From positions 221,517-285,516 of the forward strand of contig MFQC01000003.1 in assembly GCA_001784285.1 (NCBI GenBank): a stretch of DNA of 64,000 nt, given 5' to 3'. Each line of letters begins with the position of its first letter. Position 1 is the first letter of the stretch. This document shows positions 9,076 to 18,815 of the stretch, one piece after another. The position numbers and the translations under genes are program-made. The notes beneath the pieces were generated by a model. The model was not told the origin of the DNA, ran no database searches, and worked only from the letters and a program-made list of their open reading frames with translations. The stretch comes from Candidatus Magasanikbacteria bacterium RIFCSPHIGHO2_02_FULL_48_18 (GTDB lineage: Bacteria > Patescibacteriota > Patescibacteriia > Magasanikbacterales > UBA922).

Positions 9076-10968
9076 TTAATCAAACCGTATAATCTCATCC
9101 TGGTCAAGGACCATTGGCCGAGGAGGTGGCGGTATATTGTTAGGAGCTTGTGGAGAACTGTCCGGAACAATGTTCTGATTCTCTGCCGCCGGTTGGGGCG
9201 CGGGCTGATTGTGCAATTGAAGTCGAAGAGGAGGTTGGGGCTTGGGTCTTGACTCAGCCGGAGGCTGAGTTGATGGTTGGGGTTGAACCGATGAATCAGC
9301 GCTCTTTTTTTTCTTGCGCTTGCGTTTTCTTTTCTTTTTTCCCTCCGGGAGAGGTTCTCTAACGTCATATTCTTTTGGCTGTGCTGTCATTTCTTCTTTT
9401 TTTTCTTTTGGCAACAAATCTTTAAGAGAAATACTTGGCGCCGGCGGCGGTTCTTCTTTTTTTTCTTGTTTTTTTGGCGGTGCTACGATCTGCGACGGCC
9501 CTTTGGGGCGGGAATCATCATTGCTTTTTTCTTTTGACACGGCATTATCCACATGTTTTGGCGCGTCATTCTTTTTTTCAGCTTTTTCTTCCTTTTTGAC
9601 CGAGGGCGCCAAATCGATTGATTCGTCATCGTCTTCATCATCGTCTTCTCCGGCTTCCATACCGCTCCATCGCATAATTTTATCCTCTATGGTATTTCTT
9701 GCTTTTGCATATCGTTCCCGAGACACGCGAATTATTTTTTCAGTGGATCCGGTTGGCGACCCGATGGGAGAAAGCGTGGTCGCGGTAAACGGCAAGGAGG
9801 CAACGCCGTTAATCATAAGCTTGAGAATAACTTGAAACTTTGCAAGGTTGACAATGTCTTCTTCCAAAAACTGCGGCGTGAATTCTTTGACCAACAGTTC
9901 CGCATCCGCGCCGCCAACGCGAAAGGTGACAATGGTCCCTACGTTTCCAAACACTGCGTCAGACACAAGTTCATCAAGTTGCGCCACATATTGGTGACCC
10001 ATAATGAGACTGAGGCGGTATTTTCTCGCTTCGGACAAGATATTCGCGAAACTGGGCGTGGCAAAATTTTGAAACTCATCCACATACAGAAAAAAATCAC
10101 GCCGCTTTTCTTCCGGTGTATCCACGCGTTCCATGGCAGAGAGCTGAATTTTGGTGATCAGCATGCCGCCCAAAAGACGGCTATTATCTTCTCCAATGCG
10201 TCCTTTGGACAAATTCATGATAAAAATTTTTCCTGAATCCATAATTTCGCGCACATCAATCGTGGATTTCACCTGCGCCACCATATTTCGGATAATATTC
10301 GCGGACAAAAATTGGCCAATTTTATTTTGAATCGGCGCGACAGCTTCGGTCATATACCGATCTGGATAATTGGCGAATTCCGTATTCCAAAAGGATTTGA
10401 TCACTGGGTCTTTGAGCTGTTTCACGACTTTTTTCCGATATTTTTTATCGGCAAGCAGGCGGTTGATGCCAAGAAGCGTGGAATTGGGATAATCCAAAAG
10501 CGCAAGAAGCGTATTGTTCAAAATATATTCCATGCGCGCGCTCCACACGTCCGGCCATATTTTTTTGAATGTGCCCATCATTCCTGCGGCCACCAAATGC
10601 TTTTGCTCTTCGCTTTTCACCTCGAGGATATTAAATCCGATTGGGTATTGTACATCGGCAGGATTGAGATAGACCACGTCGTTAACACGGCTTGACGGAA
10701 TATAATCAATAATTTTTTCCGCAAAATCGCCGTGCGGATCCACAATACCAACCCCGTGGCCGCTGTAGATATCGTTCAAGACCATGTTTTCCATCATGGT
10801 CGTCTTGCCCATGCCGGTTTTTCCGATCACATACATGTGGCGGCGCCGATCGTCGAGTTTAATGCCAAAACGCCGCATTTGATTGCGGAAATTGGTTTTG
10901 GCGAAAACGCAGATTGGTTCCTCTTCTCTTTTTTCGCCGTCTTTTTGCGTCAGATGATGCATTGGCAT
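9076..10968 (-). CDS. TraD/VirD4-like (T4SS coupling protein / DUF87-type) P-loop ATPase with ~200-aa low-complexity K/E/P-rich C-terminal tail
   Basis: Walker A GKTGMGKTT, then VDPHGD. Long disordered tail (DDDEDDDE..KKEEK..PPAP..KKKRKRKRKKKK..PQP). Confidence 0.5.
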   Translation of the reverse strand: MPMHHLTQKDGEKREEEPICVFAKTNFRNQMRRFGIKLDDRRRHMYVIGKTGMGKTTMMENMVLNDIYSGHGVGIVDPHGDFAEKIIDYIPSSRVNDVVYLNPADVQYPIGFNILEVKSEEQKHLVAAGMMGTFKKIWPDVWSARMEYILNNTLLALLDYPNSTLLGINRLLADKKYRKKVVKQLKDPVIKSFWNTEFANYPDRYMTEAVAPIQNKIGQFLSANIIRNMVAQVKSTIDVREIMDSGKIFIMNLSKGRIGEDNSRLLGGMLITKIQLSAMERVDTPEEKRRDFFLYVDEFQNFATPSFANILSEARKYRLSLIMGHQYVAQLDELVSDAVFGNVGTIVTFRVGGADAELLVKEFTPQFLEEDIVNLAKFQVILKLMINGVASLPFTATTLSPIGSPTGSTEKIIRVSRERYAKARNTIEDKIMRWSGMEAGEDDDEDDDESIDLAPSVKKEEKAEKKNDAPKHVDNAVSKEKSNDDSRPKGPSQIVAPPKKQEKKEEPPPAPSISLKDLLPKEKKEEMTAQPKEYDVREPLPEGKKKRKRKRKKKKSADSSVQPQPSTQPPAESRPKPQPPLRLQLHNQPAPQPAAENQNIVPDSSPQAPNNIPPPPRPMVLDQDEIIRFD

Positions 10969-11002
10969 AGGGTATAGTATAGCAATTCGGAAGTGAAATG
11001 TT

Positions 11003-11031
11003 AAGAAAACCCCGATACTGTTCGGGGTTTT
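11003..11031 (-). terminator. Rho-independent terminator after the DsbA-like gene
   Basis: Hairpin aaaaccccga-tactgt-tcggggtttt followed by a U-run on the minus strand. Confidence 0.5.
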
Positions 11032-11057
11032 CTCGCCTATCTTTTCAGAAAAAAATG

Positions 11058-11867
11058 TTATTCGAGAAATTGTTGAATTGCGGCCTCAACCGCGGCAAAG
11101 GATTGGGCTCCGTTTATGACGGACGTCTCTCCGTTCGGCCCAATAACAATACTATACGGCGTTCCCCTGCCGCCCGATTGCTGTACTTCGGTTTCGTCAT
11201 CCACAATATCCTTTGCATATTTTTTACTTTGAAGACACGTCGTAAACTGGTTGGTCTTCAGCCCAAGCGCTGAGGCGAAACTTTTAAGTCCGGATTCTCC
11301 CAGATTGTTCTGATCGGCAAACATCATATCGGAAAATTCCCAAAATTTCCCCTGCTCGGAGGCGCATTCAGAGGCCAAGGCGGCGTTTCGAGCGTTGGGA
11401 TGGAGACTATCAAGCGGAAAATGACGATAGACCCATCGCACATCGTCGCCATAGGTTTCTATCACTTGTTTCATGGTGGCATCAAAACTTTTGCAAAATG
11501 GACATTGAAAATCAGAAAATTCGATAACGCTGATTGTGGCATTTTTATTGCCGCGGATGTGGTCGGTCTTCACATCAACAGGCCGAATGGCGACAGGACC
11601 GGAAACCGTGTCATCAACGACGGCAGACCCCGCAGTGTCCTCAACAGATGGCACGAAGTCACTGCCGGCAGACAGATATGACCCCAAGGCGCCGCTGCCC
11701 CGAAGGAGTATGGACAACAGCAGAAAAAAACCAATGGTGCAAAGGACAAGAAAACCTTCCACAATGCCAAGCACAAAAATTTGTATCGGGCTCATTTGAT
11801 CAAAAATACCGCTTTTTTCTTCCTGTGTTTCTGTCAAACTCTTACCGGATTGTGTGGGCGATTCCAT
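11058..11867 (-). CDS. membrane-anchored DsbA-like thiol:disulfide oxidoreductase
   Basis: N-terminal TM helix. Thioredoxin-fold with CPFC active site (FQCPFCKSF). Confidence 0.8.
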   Translation of the reverse strand: MESPTQSGKSLTETQEEKSGIFDQMSPIQIFVLGIVEGFLVLCTIGFFLLLSILLRGSGALGSYLSAGSDFVPSVEDTAGSAVVDDTVSGPVAIRPVDVKTDHIRGNKNATISVIEFSDFQCPFCKSFDATMKQVIETYGDDVRWVYRHFPLDSLHPNARNAALASECASEQGKFWEFSDMMFADQNNLGESGLKSFASALGLKTNQFTTCLQSKKYAKDIVDDETEVQQSGGRGTPYSIVIGPNGETSVINGAQSFAAVEAAIQQFLE

Positions 11868-12104
11868 AAAAAAATAAATTTAATTTTTAATTTTCACTCT
11901 GTTGAAAAAGATATATATTAAGAAGAATGAGTATATCATACGTCATGTTTTTTCCACAAGTGCGTTCCAATTATTGCTGAATTGTTCCAAACCCGTGTCG
12001 GTCAATGGGTAGCGAATGTTAAAAATGGCTTCTCCAAGCTGTATACCGGTGCATATACTTGCCACGAAAATTCGACATGGCAATGTGAGGACGAGGCATA
12101 AGAA

Positions 12105-12698
12105 CTATGGGGCATCATTCGACATATTTTCCAATAACACCAACGCTTTCTCTTGGAGACTCTCAAATGCAACATATCCTTTTTCATGAAAAAGGATATC
12201 TCTTTCAGGCGTCACAAAAAGAATCTCCGGCAGAGAAGAACCCCCAATCGTTCGATAAAAAAAATCTTCGTTATCCACGGCCAGAGAGAGTTCGTTGGTG
12301 ATGCCCAAACTATCGGTAAAAGCTTTTGCCACTGACGATGGTTCGCGGCGGTTGATCGCAATAAATGGAATAACGCCGCCGAGTTGCCGCCGCACAAACG
12401 CGGCCTGAATCAATTGCTCCCCGCACCGCTCACAGGCGGTTTCCCAAGAGATAATCACCAGTGGCTTCCCATAAAACGCCGCAAGCGAAAACGATGTCCC
12501 ATCATAGGTTTGAAGGCCCGGAATATCGGGGAGGCGTGAAACCAGCGGTGCGTCGTTTTCCACAGTGTTTGACGCTGGCGTATTGATGATTCGACCGCCG
12601 CACCCAGCCACGAATGGCAGGAGAAAAAAAATTAGGATACGCATCGATAAATACTGAGTTGACATATAATACAAAAATGGTATGATTCTTTTATGCAC
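12105..12698 (-). CDS. TlpA/ResA-like redoxin (thioredoxin-fold lipoprotein)
   Basis: Lipobox-like LLPFVAGCGG and WETACERC (CxxC) active site. True start may be an internal Met (about 12665). Confidence 0.7.
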   Translation of the reverse strand: MHKRIIPFLYYMSTQYLSMRILIFFLLPFVAGCGGRIINTPASNTVENDAPLVSRLPDIPGLQTYDGTSFSLAAFYGKPLVIISWETACERCGEQLIQAAFVRRQLGGVIPFIAINRREPSSVAKAFTDSLGITNELSLAVDNEDFFYRTIGGSSLPEILFVTPERDILFHEKGYVAFESLQEKALVLLENMSNDAP

Positions 12699-12807
12699 AT
12701 CATATCACATATCATCGATCGACCAAATCAAGGTGTACGGCACGTTCAAGTATAAAAAATTTTTTTATATTTCACCATCTGTGGATAAGTAATATATATT
12801 TTCTTTC

Positions 12808-13416
12808 ATGTATATGATGCACGAATCATGCCATTGTCATCCAAATCAAGAAACATCTTTCATCAATACGCAGATTCCCGATCTTTCATTTGACATATTT
12901 CACAATAACCAAATACAGCGGGTGAATTTTTCCAACTACAAAGGAAAATGGCTTATTCTCTTCTTTTACCCCGCAGATTTTACATTTGTCTGTCCAACCG
13001 AACTTGAAGAAATGGCAGACCTTTACCCGCAATTCACCGCACTCAACTGCGAAGTGGTCAGCGTCAGCACCGATACGGCCTTTGTCCACAAAGCCTGGCA
13101 TGACACATCGCCAGCCATTAAAAAAATTAACTATCCAATGGCGGCAGACCCCACTGGAACCATCTGCAAAACGTTTAGAACCTACATTCCGGAAGAAGGC
13201 CTTTCATACCGCGCGAGTATTGTTATCAACCCCGATGGCGTTGTGAAAGCGTTTGAAATGCACGACAACAGTATTGGCCGAAGCGCGGAAGAGCTCCTTC
13301 GCAAGCTTCAAGCCGCGCAATATGTCAGCGAACATAGCGGCGAAGTATGCCCGGCAAAATGGAAACCGGGAAGCGCAACCTTGCGCCCAGGATTGGATTT
13401 GGTGGGGAAAATCTAA
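12808..13416 (+). CDS. 2-Cys peroxiredoxin (AhpC/Prx1 family)
   Basis: FTFVCPTE peroxidatic Cys motif and VCPAKW resolving Cys motif. Confidence 0.9.
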   Translation: MYMMHESCHCHPNQETSFINTQIPDLSFDIFHNNQIQRVNFSNYKGKWLILFFYPADFTFVCPTELEEMADLYPQFTALNCEVVSVSTDTAFVHKAWHDTSPAIKKINYPMAADPTGTICKTFRTYIPEEGLSYRASIVINPDGVVKAFEMHDNSIGRSAEELLRKLQAAQYVSEHSGEVCPAKWKPGSATLRPGLDLVGKI

Positions 13417-13473
13417 AATGTCAGTTTTCTTCCTTAACCGAATCAACCAATATAACTTAGCCAACCTCCACAT

Positions 13474-14052
13474 ATGCTCTACACACCAAAAAACTTCACC
13501 CAATTGTTGGGTATGGAAGGATTCAGCGACCAATTGCTGAAAAATCATTTTACGCTCTATGAAGGGTATGCCAAAAATACAAATACCCTTCTTGAAAAAC
13601 TCCCTGTCCTGGATCCCGGCTCGCCGGAATTTAACGAACTCAACCGTCGGTTCGGCTGGGAATTTAACGGCATGCGTTTGCATGAAATCTACTTTGAAAA
13701 TCTCTCCAAAGAAAATACATCTCTTGACAGCGGACATCCGCTGGCAAAAAAAATAGATGAATGTTTTGGCTCATTCGAAAAATGGCAGATGCATTTTAAC
13801 GGTATGGGGACCATTCGCGGCATTGGCTGGGTATTGCTGTATTACGATACGGAAATGAAGCGTTTATTCAATGTGTGGATTGACGAACATGACCGCAATC
13901 ATCTTGCGGGGGAGGCCCCTATTCTCCTCATGGATATGTGGGAACATGCGTTTATGATTGACTACGGACTGGATAAAAAAGGGTATATTGGAGCATTTTT
14001 GAAAAATGCGAATTGGCGTATTGCCATGGAACGATTCAACATGGCGAAGTAA
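13474..14052 (+). CDS. Fe/Mn superoxide dismutase
   Basis: DMWEHAF metal-binding signature and overall SOD_Fe length of about 190 aa. Confidence 0.85.
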   Translation: MLYTPKNFTQLLGMEGFSDQLLKNHFTLYEGYAKNTNTLLEKLPVLDPGSPEFNELNRRFGWEFNGMRLHEIYFENLSKENTSLDSGHPLAKKIDECFGSFEKWQMHFNGMGTIRGIGWVLLYYDTEMKRLFNVWIDEHDRNHLAGEAPILLMDMWEHAFMIDYGLDKKGYIGAFLKNANWRIAMERFNMAK

Positions 14053-14061
14053 AATGGGATA

Positions 14062-15417
14062 TCAATAATCTCTCAATTTGCCCACAATATCAAAACCTTG
14101 TATTTTCTCGAGCGCCTTCGCTTCAATTTGACGGATGCGTTCGCGCGTCACATCGAATTCTTTTCCCACTTCTTCAAGCGTGTGGGTCACTCCATCTTTG
14201 AGTCCAAACCGCATCTCAAGAATTTTTTGCTCGCGCGCCGAGAGATGCTGAATTGCATCGCTGATATAGTCTTTCAAAAGCTGGACCCCGGCCACATGCG
14301 ACGGACTCGCGTTTTTGACGTCTTCAATAAAGTCGGAAAGCGACGTGTCGTCGTCATCGTCGTCGCCCACCGATGTTTCCAAGGAAACCGTATCCTGAGA
14401 AATTTTGATAATGTGTTTGATTTTGTCGAGTTCTTCGCCCATTTCGGCGGCCAGCTCTTCCGGCGTCGGGTCGCGCCCCAAATCCTGGAGCAGACGACGT
14501 TGCATTTGTTGGAATCGGTTGATGGTTTCCACCATGTGGACCGGAATGCGAATGGTGCGCGACTGATCGGCGAGAGCGCGCGTGACGGCTTGGCGGATCC
14601 ACCATGTGGCATAGGTGGAAAATTTATAGCCTTTGCGATAATCAAATTTTTTGACTGCGCGAAACAACCCGATATTTCCTTCCTGGATAAGATCAAGCAG
14701 GGACAATTGCTTGCCGACAAATTTTTTTGCGATAGAAACCACAAGGCGGAGGTTCGCTTCAATCATTTGACGCTCGGCCGCTTTGTCGCCTCTTTCTTTT
14801 CGCTTGGCAAGAGAAATTTCCTCTTCCGCGGTAAGAAGCGGAATTTTTCCAATTTCGCGCAAATACATTTGGATGGAGTCCCGTGAAATGCTCCCCAAAT
14901 CAAATTCGCCCTCAACATCCGGCTGTTCTCCCTGGAGTTGGGTCAAAATTTCTTCGCGATCGGTCGAAGACGCCTGCCCAAGAAGCCCTCCCTGGACCGA
15001 AACAATGGAAACGCTATTTTTATCAAGGACATCCAAAAAACCCTCATACAAAGGAATACTGCATTCCAGTCGAGAAAATGTTTGGAGAATTTCCGTCTCG
15101 GTCAGAAAACCGCGGCCCCTTCCCTTGTGGATCACCTGCCACAGCTCTTGATCGGTTGGCTCACGCCACGATTCTGGCATGGCATCTCGCGGGCGGGAGG
15201 GAACGCTTCTTTTTTTTTCTTTTGGCGATTTTCCAAAAGAAACAGTTCCCCGCCCTCCTTTTGGAGTGTGTTTTCCTTGGGTATGTTTTTTTCGAGACTG
15301 GTTTCCCCGTCTTGATGGCGTGCGGGAAGTGCGTGTCCTCGAAAGTAATTTTTTTGCCGCATTATTTTTACGTCCTGCTGATGCTTTTTTCGCGCTCGAC
15401 GTTTTTTTACTTCGCAT
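14062..15417 (-). CDS. rpoD: RNA polymerase sigma-70 factor RpoD
   Basis: Region 2-4 motifs ([29 protein letters not shown]). Basic K/R-rich N-terminal extension. Confidence 0.95.
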   Translation of the reverse strand: MRSKKTSSAKKASAGRKNNAAKKLLSRTRTSRTPSRRGNQSRKKHTQGKHTPKGGRGTVSFGKSPKEKKRSVPSRPRDAMPESWREPTDQELWQVIHKGRGRGFLTETEILQTFSRLECSIPLYEGFLDVLDKNSVSIVSVQGGLLGQASSTDREEILTQLQGEQPDVEGEFDLGSISRDSIQMYLREIGKIPLLTAEEEISLAKRKERGDKAAERQMIEANLRLVVSIAKKFVGKQLSLLDLIQEGNIGLFRAVKKFDYRKGYKFSTYATWWIRQAVTRALADQSRTIRIPVHMVETINRFQQMQRRLLQDLGRDPTPEELAAEMGEELDKIKHIIKISQDTVSLETSVGDDDDDDTSLSDFIEDVKNASPSHVAGVQLLKDYISDAIQHLSAREQKILEMRFGLKDGVTHTLEEVGKEFDVTRERIRQIEAKALEKIQGFDIVGKLRDY

Positions 15418-15534
15418 ACGTACGGCTTTTTTACCGAGAGCCTTTAGAGTGGCTGTTTTTTCTTTTTGCTGTTTTTTTTGAAAGCGGCGATTTTTTTAAT
15501 GGTATTGTGCGTTTGTAGAATGGCATGGAGGGTT

Positions 15535-17316
15535 CTATATATGCTGAAACTCCTGCAACAATCGCTCCAATTCCTCTTTATTTCCTTTTTCTTCAGCGAC
15601 ACGAATGTGTTGGGCAAGAAATTCACGACGTCGTTTTTTTGATTCTTCCTCCAAAAAACGCTGGTATTCTTCCATGCGCCGCGGCGCTTCTTCTTTGGTG
15701 ATATCAGAAAATTCAAGATCGCCTTTCATTAAAAAAACATCAACCGAATTTTCTGTTCCGTTAAGAAAAAAAAACCGAAGCGCTTCTCTGTCTACGGAAC
15801 CTTTTTCAGTATACTGATTTTTTATTGCTTCGTAAAGGGAAAAATAGGGGTCTGTGGACAAAAAAATATCCGATCCTTCAAATACGCTCGCCGAAATGGC
15901 ATCGGGAAACCGAAGAATGAGCGCCAAATATGATTCCGCGAGACGATCAAACCGAGTCTTTTCAACCGGCGCGCTGTCTCTTTTTCTCTCTTCCCCTGGC
16001 TTTTCCGCCTTCTTTTGCCGCTGAAGACGTTTGGTATCCTCAAGAAGCACCGGCACATCCACCCCAATCCTGTTTGCCACTATTTTCATCCAATGATCTC
16101 TTTCGACCGCATACGGAATAGCCATGATTTTCGGCAAAAGCATATTAACAATCTGTTGTTTTTGTTTTGGATCAGACAAATTTTTCCCCGCGAACGCCCG
16201 CTCCAAAAGCCATTCCATGATTCCCCGGGCATGTTCCACTGCATCAAACCAAACAGACGAATTTTTTTTCACGCATTCATCAGGGTCTTTTCCCGCGCCA
16301 TCGGGAATCTGAATAACCCGCACGGAAAATCCTTCGGCAATTGCCAAATCGATCCCCCGCTTTGCCGCGTTTTCCCCTGCCGCGTCCGTGTCAAACGCCA
16401 TGGCCATATTGAACGCGTATCGTTTGAGTAATGTAAGTTGATGCTCCGTTAAGGCAGTTCCACTGGTTGCGACCACGTTCTTCATTCCCGCTTCATGGCA
16501 CGCGATCACGTCCATTTGTCCTTCTACCATGACCATTTCATTTTTTGTTTTTATGTCTTGTTTTGCCTTGTCGAGGCCAAACACCACGCGCGATTTGTCG
16601 TATACAAGTGTTTGCGGTGAATTCACGTATTTTCCTCCCGACCGTTCGGTTTCCACCAATACTCTGCCGGTAAATCCGACAACCGTTCCATGAACGTCAG
16701 AAATGGGAAACATAATCCGTCCGCGAAATCGGTCATAGAGTCCCCTGCCGGTTTGCACGTCTGCGCCGTCGCGCCGAATGGTGAGGCCGGCGGCAATAAG
16801 GTCGTCAATGCCATGGCCTTTTTTGAGCAAGTATTGCGTGAGCAAATCCCATTGATCGGGAATAAACCCAACCTGCCACGCTTCGATCGTTTCGTCTTTC
16901 ATGCCACGGGACGCAAGGTATTCGCGCGCCGGACGAGAGGCGTCCATCTGGACCAAAAATTTATGAAAAAAACGCGCGGCTTCGGCGTTGATGTCTTTCA
17001 TTCTATTTTTTTGACTGCTGTTGATGTCGGCTCTGGTGTTGGTGAGAGTCACTCCGGCGCGATTGGCAAGATATTTCAACGCTTCCACAAATTCCATGCC
17101 TTCAATTTCTTGGATAAAGGTGAAGAGATCGCCGCCCTTGCCGCAACCGAAACATTTAAAACTCTGCCGTTCGCGGTTGACCATAAACGACGGACTTTTT
17201 TCATGATGAAACGGACAAAGCCCCTTCTGGTTTACGCCGGCCGGCTTGAGCTCTACATATTCGCCGACAATATCGGCGATGTCGAGTTTATCTTTAATTT
17301 GTTCAACGTCGGTCAT
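15535..17316 (-). CDS. dnaG: DNA primase DnaG
   Basis: CHC2 zinc finger (CPFHHEKSPSF..CFGCG) and TOPRIM region. Lies upstream of rpoD (macromolecular synthesis operon arrangement). Confidence 0.95.
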   Translation of the reverse strand: MTDVEQIKDKLDIADIVGEYVELKPAGVNQKGLCPFHHEKSPSFMVNRERQSFKCFGCGKGGDLFTFIQEIEGMEFVEALKYLANRAGVTLTNTRADINSSQKNRMKDINAEAARFFHKFLVQMDASRPAREYLASRGMKDETIEAWQVGFIPDQWDLLTQYLLKKGHGIDDLIAAGLTIRRDGADVQTGRGLYDRFRGRIMFPISDVHGTVVGFTGRVLVETERSGGKYVNSPQTLVYDKSRVVFGLDKAKQDIKTKNEMVMVEGQMDVIACHEAGMKNVVATSGTALTEHQLTLLKRYAFNMAMAFDTDAAGENAAKRGIDLAIAEGFSVRVIQIPDGAGKDPDECVKKNSSVWFDAVEHARGIMEWLLERAFAGKNLSDPKQKQQIVNMLLPKIMAIPYAVERDHWMKIVANRIGVDVPVLLEDTKRLQRQKKAEKPGEERKRDSAPVEKTRFDRLAESYLALILRFPDAISASVFEGSDIFLSTDPYFSLYEAIKNQYTEKGSVDREALRFFFLNGTENSVDVFLMKGDLEFSDITKEEAPRRMEEYQRFLEEESKKRRREFLAQHIRVAEEKGNKEELERLLQEFQHI

Positions 17317-17442
17317 ACACCCTCACAGTACTGAAATTTGAAGGAAAAAGCAAATGGATCAACGCCCAGCTATTGACATCCACCCCTTCATTATGTTTGT
17401 GTAGAGAACAAACAAAACTCTAGGGGGCAAAAGGGAGACATT

Positions 17443-17691
17443 ATGCAACCGACACAAACAAACCTGCAAGGTCTTCTAACCGAGCAGGTTGTTGTGGAAA
17501 TCCAACAAGAGGGGGCGGAGGCCGAAGGAAAACTCATACAGTTTGATGAAACGACACTCATGCTTTCCAGCCTGGACAAAGGTAAAATTAAGTGGCGTGT
17601 CATTGAACTATCCAAAGTTCGCTCGATTCGGAGGAAGACATCATCCTCTGATCCGGGCGGAGCACTGTATCGCACTTTTTCAAGGAGATAA
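17443..17691 (+). CDS. small hypothetical protein (82 aa), possibly Sm-like fold
   Basis: Strong SD (aagGGAGacatt-ATG). Downstream hairpin ggcgacg..cgtcgcc plus T-run. Confidence 0.35.
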   Translation: MQPTQTNLQGLLTEQVVVEIQQEGAEAEGKLIQFDETTLMLSSLDKGKIKWRVIELSKVRSIRRKTSSSDPGGALYRTFSRR

Positions 17692-17788
17692 AAAAATAGG
17701 AAAGGAGAACACAAACGGCGACGCGTGGAGAACGTCGCCGAAAGAACACCCTTGCTATTTTTGAGAATGGCAGGGGTATTTTTTTAAA

Positions 17789-18337
17789 TTATTCGTCTTT
17801 CAATGAAATATATTTTCCTTCTGCGATATTTTTTGCGACTTCATTTGGCTTAAATACGCGCGCGTTCATACATACATAAACGCCCGGATCCAAATCTTGA
17901 ATTTTTGCAATTGCAAAACCGATGTTGAACGGCGCATCGGAGGGAGTAAATCCTTTGAGTGGAATAAACGAACCAGTCAAAATAACCGTTTGATCTTTGC
18001 GCTTCAAATTTCTCTCAAGAAAACGGGCTGTGTCGGGAATGGTATACGTCCCGTGCGTAATAATAATCTTTTTGTGTTTGGTATTTTCTATTTTGCCTAA
18101 AATGGTGTACATGTCGTTTTTTGTAACCTCACGGCTGTCTTTCATCATAATTTCGTCAAAACTCGCCTTGAGATGCACCTCGGAAAAAATCGACTCATTG
18201 TATAAATTGAGTCCTATGATATAATCCGGAATACAAGAGCTTTTATATGGGACAACCGTATCTCGAAGCCCGTCATAATACGAGTCAATGGTTCCGCCGG
18301 TGAGAATAAAATGAATTTGTTGGTCATTTTTTTTCAT
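17789..18337 (-). CDS. asparaginase/glutaminase family protein, N-terminal catalytic domain only (182 aa)
   Basis: ILTGGTIDS threonine-nucleophile motif near N-terminus. Lacks the C-terminal domain of type I/II asparaginases. Confidence 0.6.
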   Translation of the reverse strand: MKKNDQQIHFILTGGTIDSYYDGLRDTVVPYKSSCIPDYIIGLNLYNESIFSEVHLKASFDEIMMKDSREVTKNDMYTILGKIENTKHKKIIITHGTYTIPDTARFLERNLKRKDQTVILTGSFIPLKGFTPSDAPFNIGFAIAKIQDLDPGVYVCMNARVFKPNEVAKNIAEGKYISLKDE

Positions 18338-18675
18338 AGAAAAAGGATAAATAATTTGATCTCAACATAGCATAAAATGCGAAAAAGGTCAAAAAAATTA
18401 ATATTGGAAACGAACTTGTATACAATACTCCAGCCACAAATGATTTTTCTCTTTGTTGAACACAATAAACAAACATGTGCTGTGGACAACCCAATTGACG
18501 AACACACAAAAATCCGTTAGAGTATACCCACTCTATGAAGAACTCCCACACAATACACCTGCGCCGTCGTGCATGCCGTAGCCTGCGCCACAAGCGTGAT
18601 GTGTTTTGTGTATAACGAATTCTCTCCACAACACCCAATCATTCTTCTGGCGCGAGTCAGAAATTTTTATTTATG

Positions 18676-18790
18676 TACGAAACTACGAAATATACGAAAA
18701 TACGAAAGTGAATTGCGAATGGGCTCCCAAATAAAAGAAAAAAATAATAAAAAATGTTCGTAATTTCGTACTGTTCGTATGTTCGCACAT
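18676..18790. repeat. TACGAA(A) x4 direct repeats, A-rich spacer, TTCGTA x4 inverted repeats upstream of argG (copy 1)
   Basis: tgtacgaaactacgaaatatacgaaaatacgaaagtg ... tgttcgtaatttcgtactgttcgtatgttcgcaca. Same family as 20097-20196. Confidence 0.7.
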
Positions 18791-18815
18791 ATTATAATTA
18801 ACTTTAATCACTACT

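Noticed and set aside
12086-12102. 15-mer gacatggcaatgtga shared between 12086 and 59166 (upstream of the M20 gene)
   Set aside because: With both strands over 64 kb, a few exact 15-mer coincidences are expected. There is no consistent positional relation to genes.
13204-13737. 177-aa minus-strand ORF across the peroxiredoxin/SOD genes. Likewise 14098-14886(+) antisense to rpoD, and 8224-8811(+) and 9314-9835(+) antisense to Nnr and the TraD-like gene.
   Set aside because: They are antisense to genes with unambiguous conserved motifs. No independent signals.
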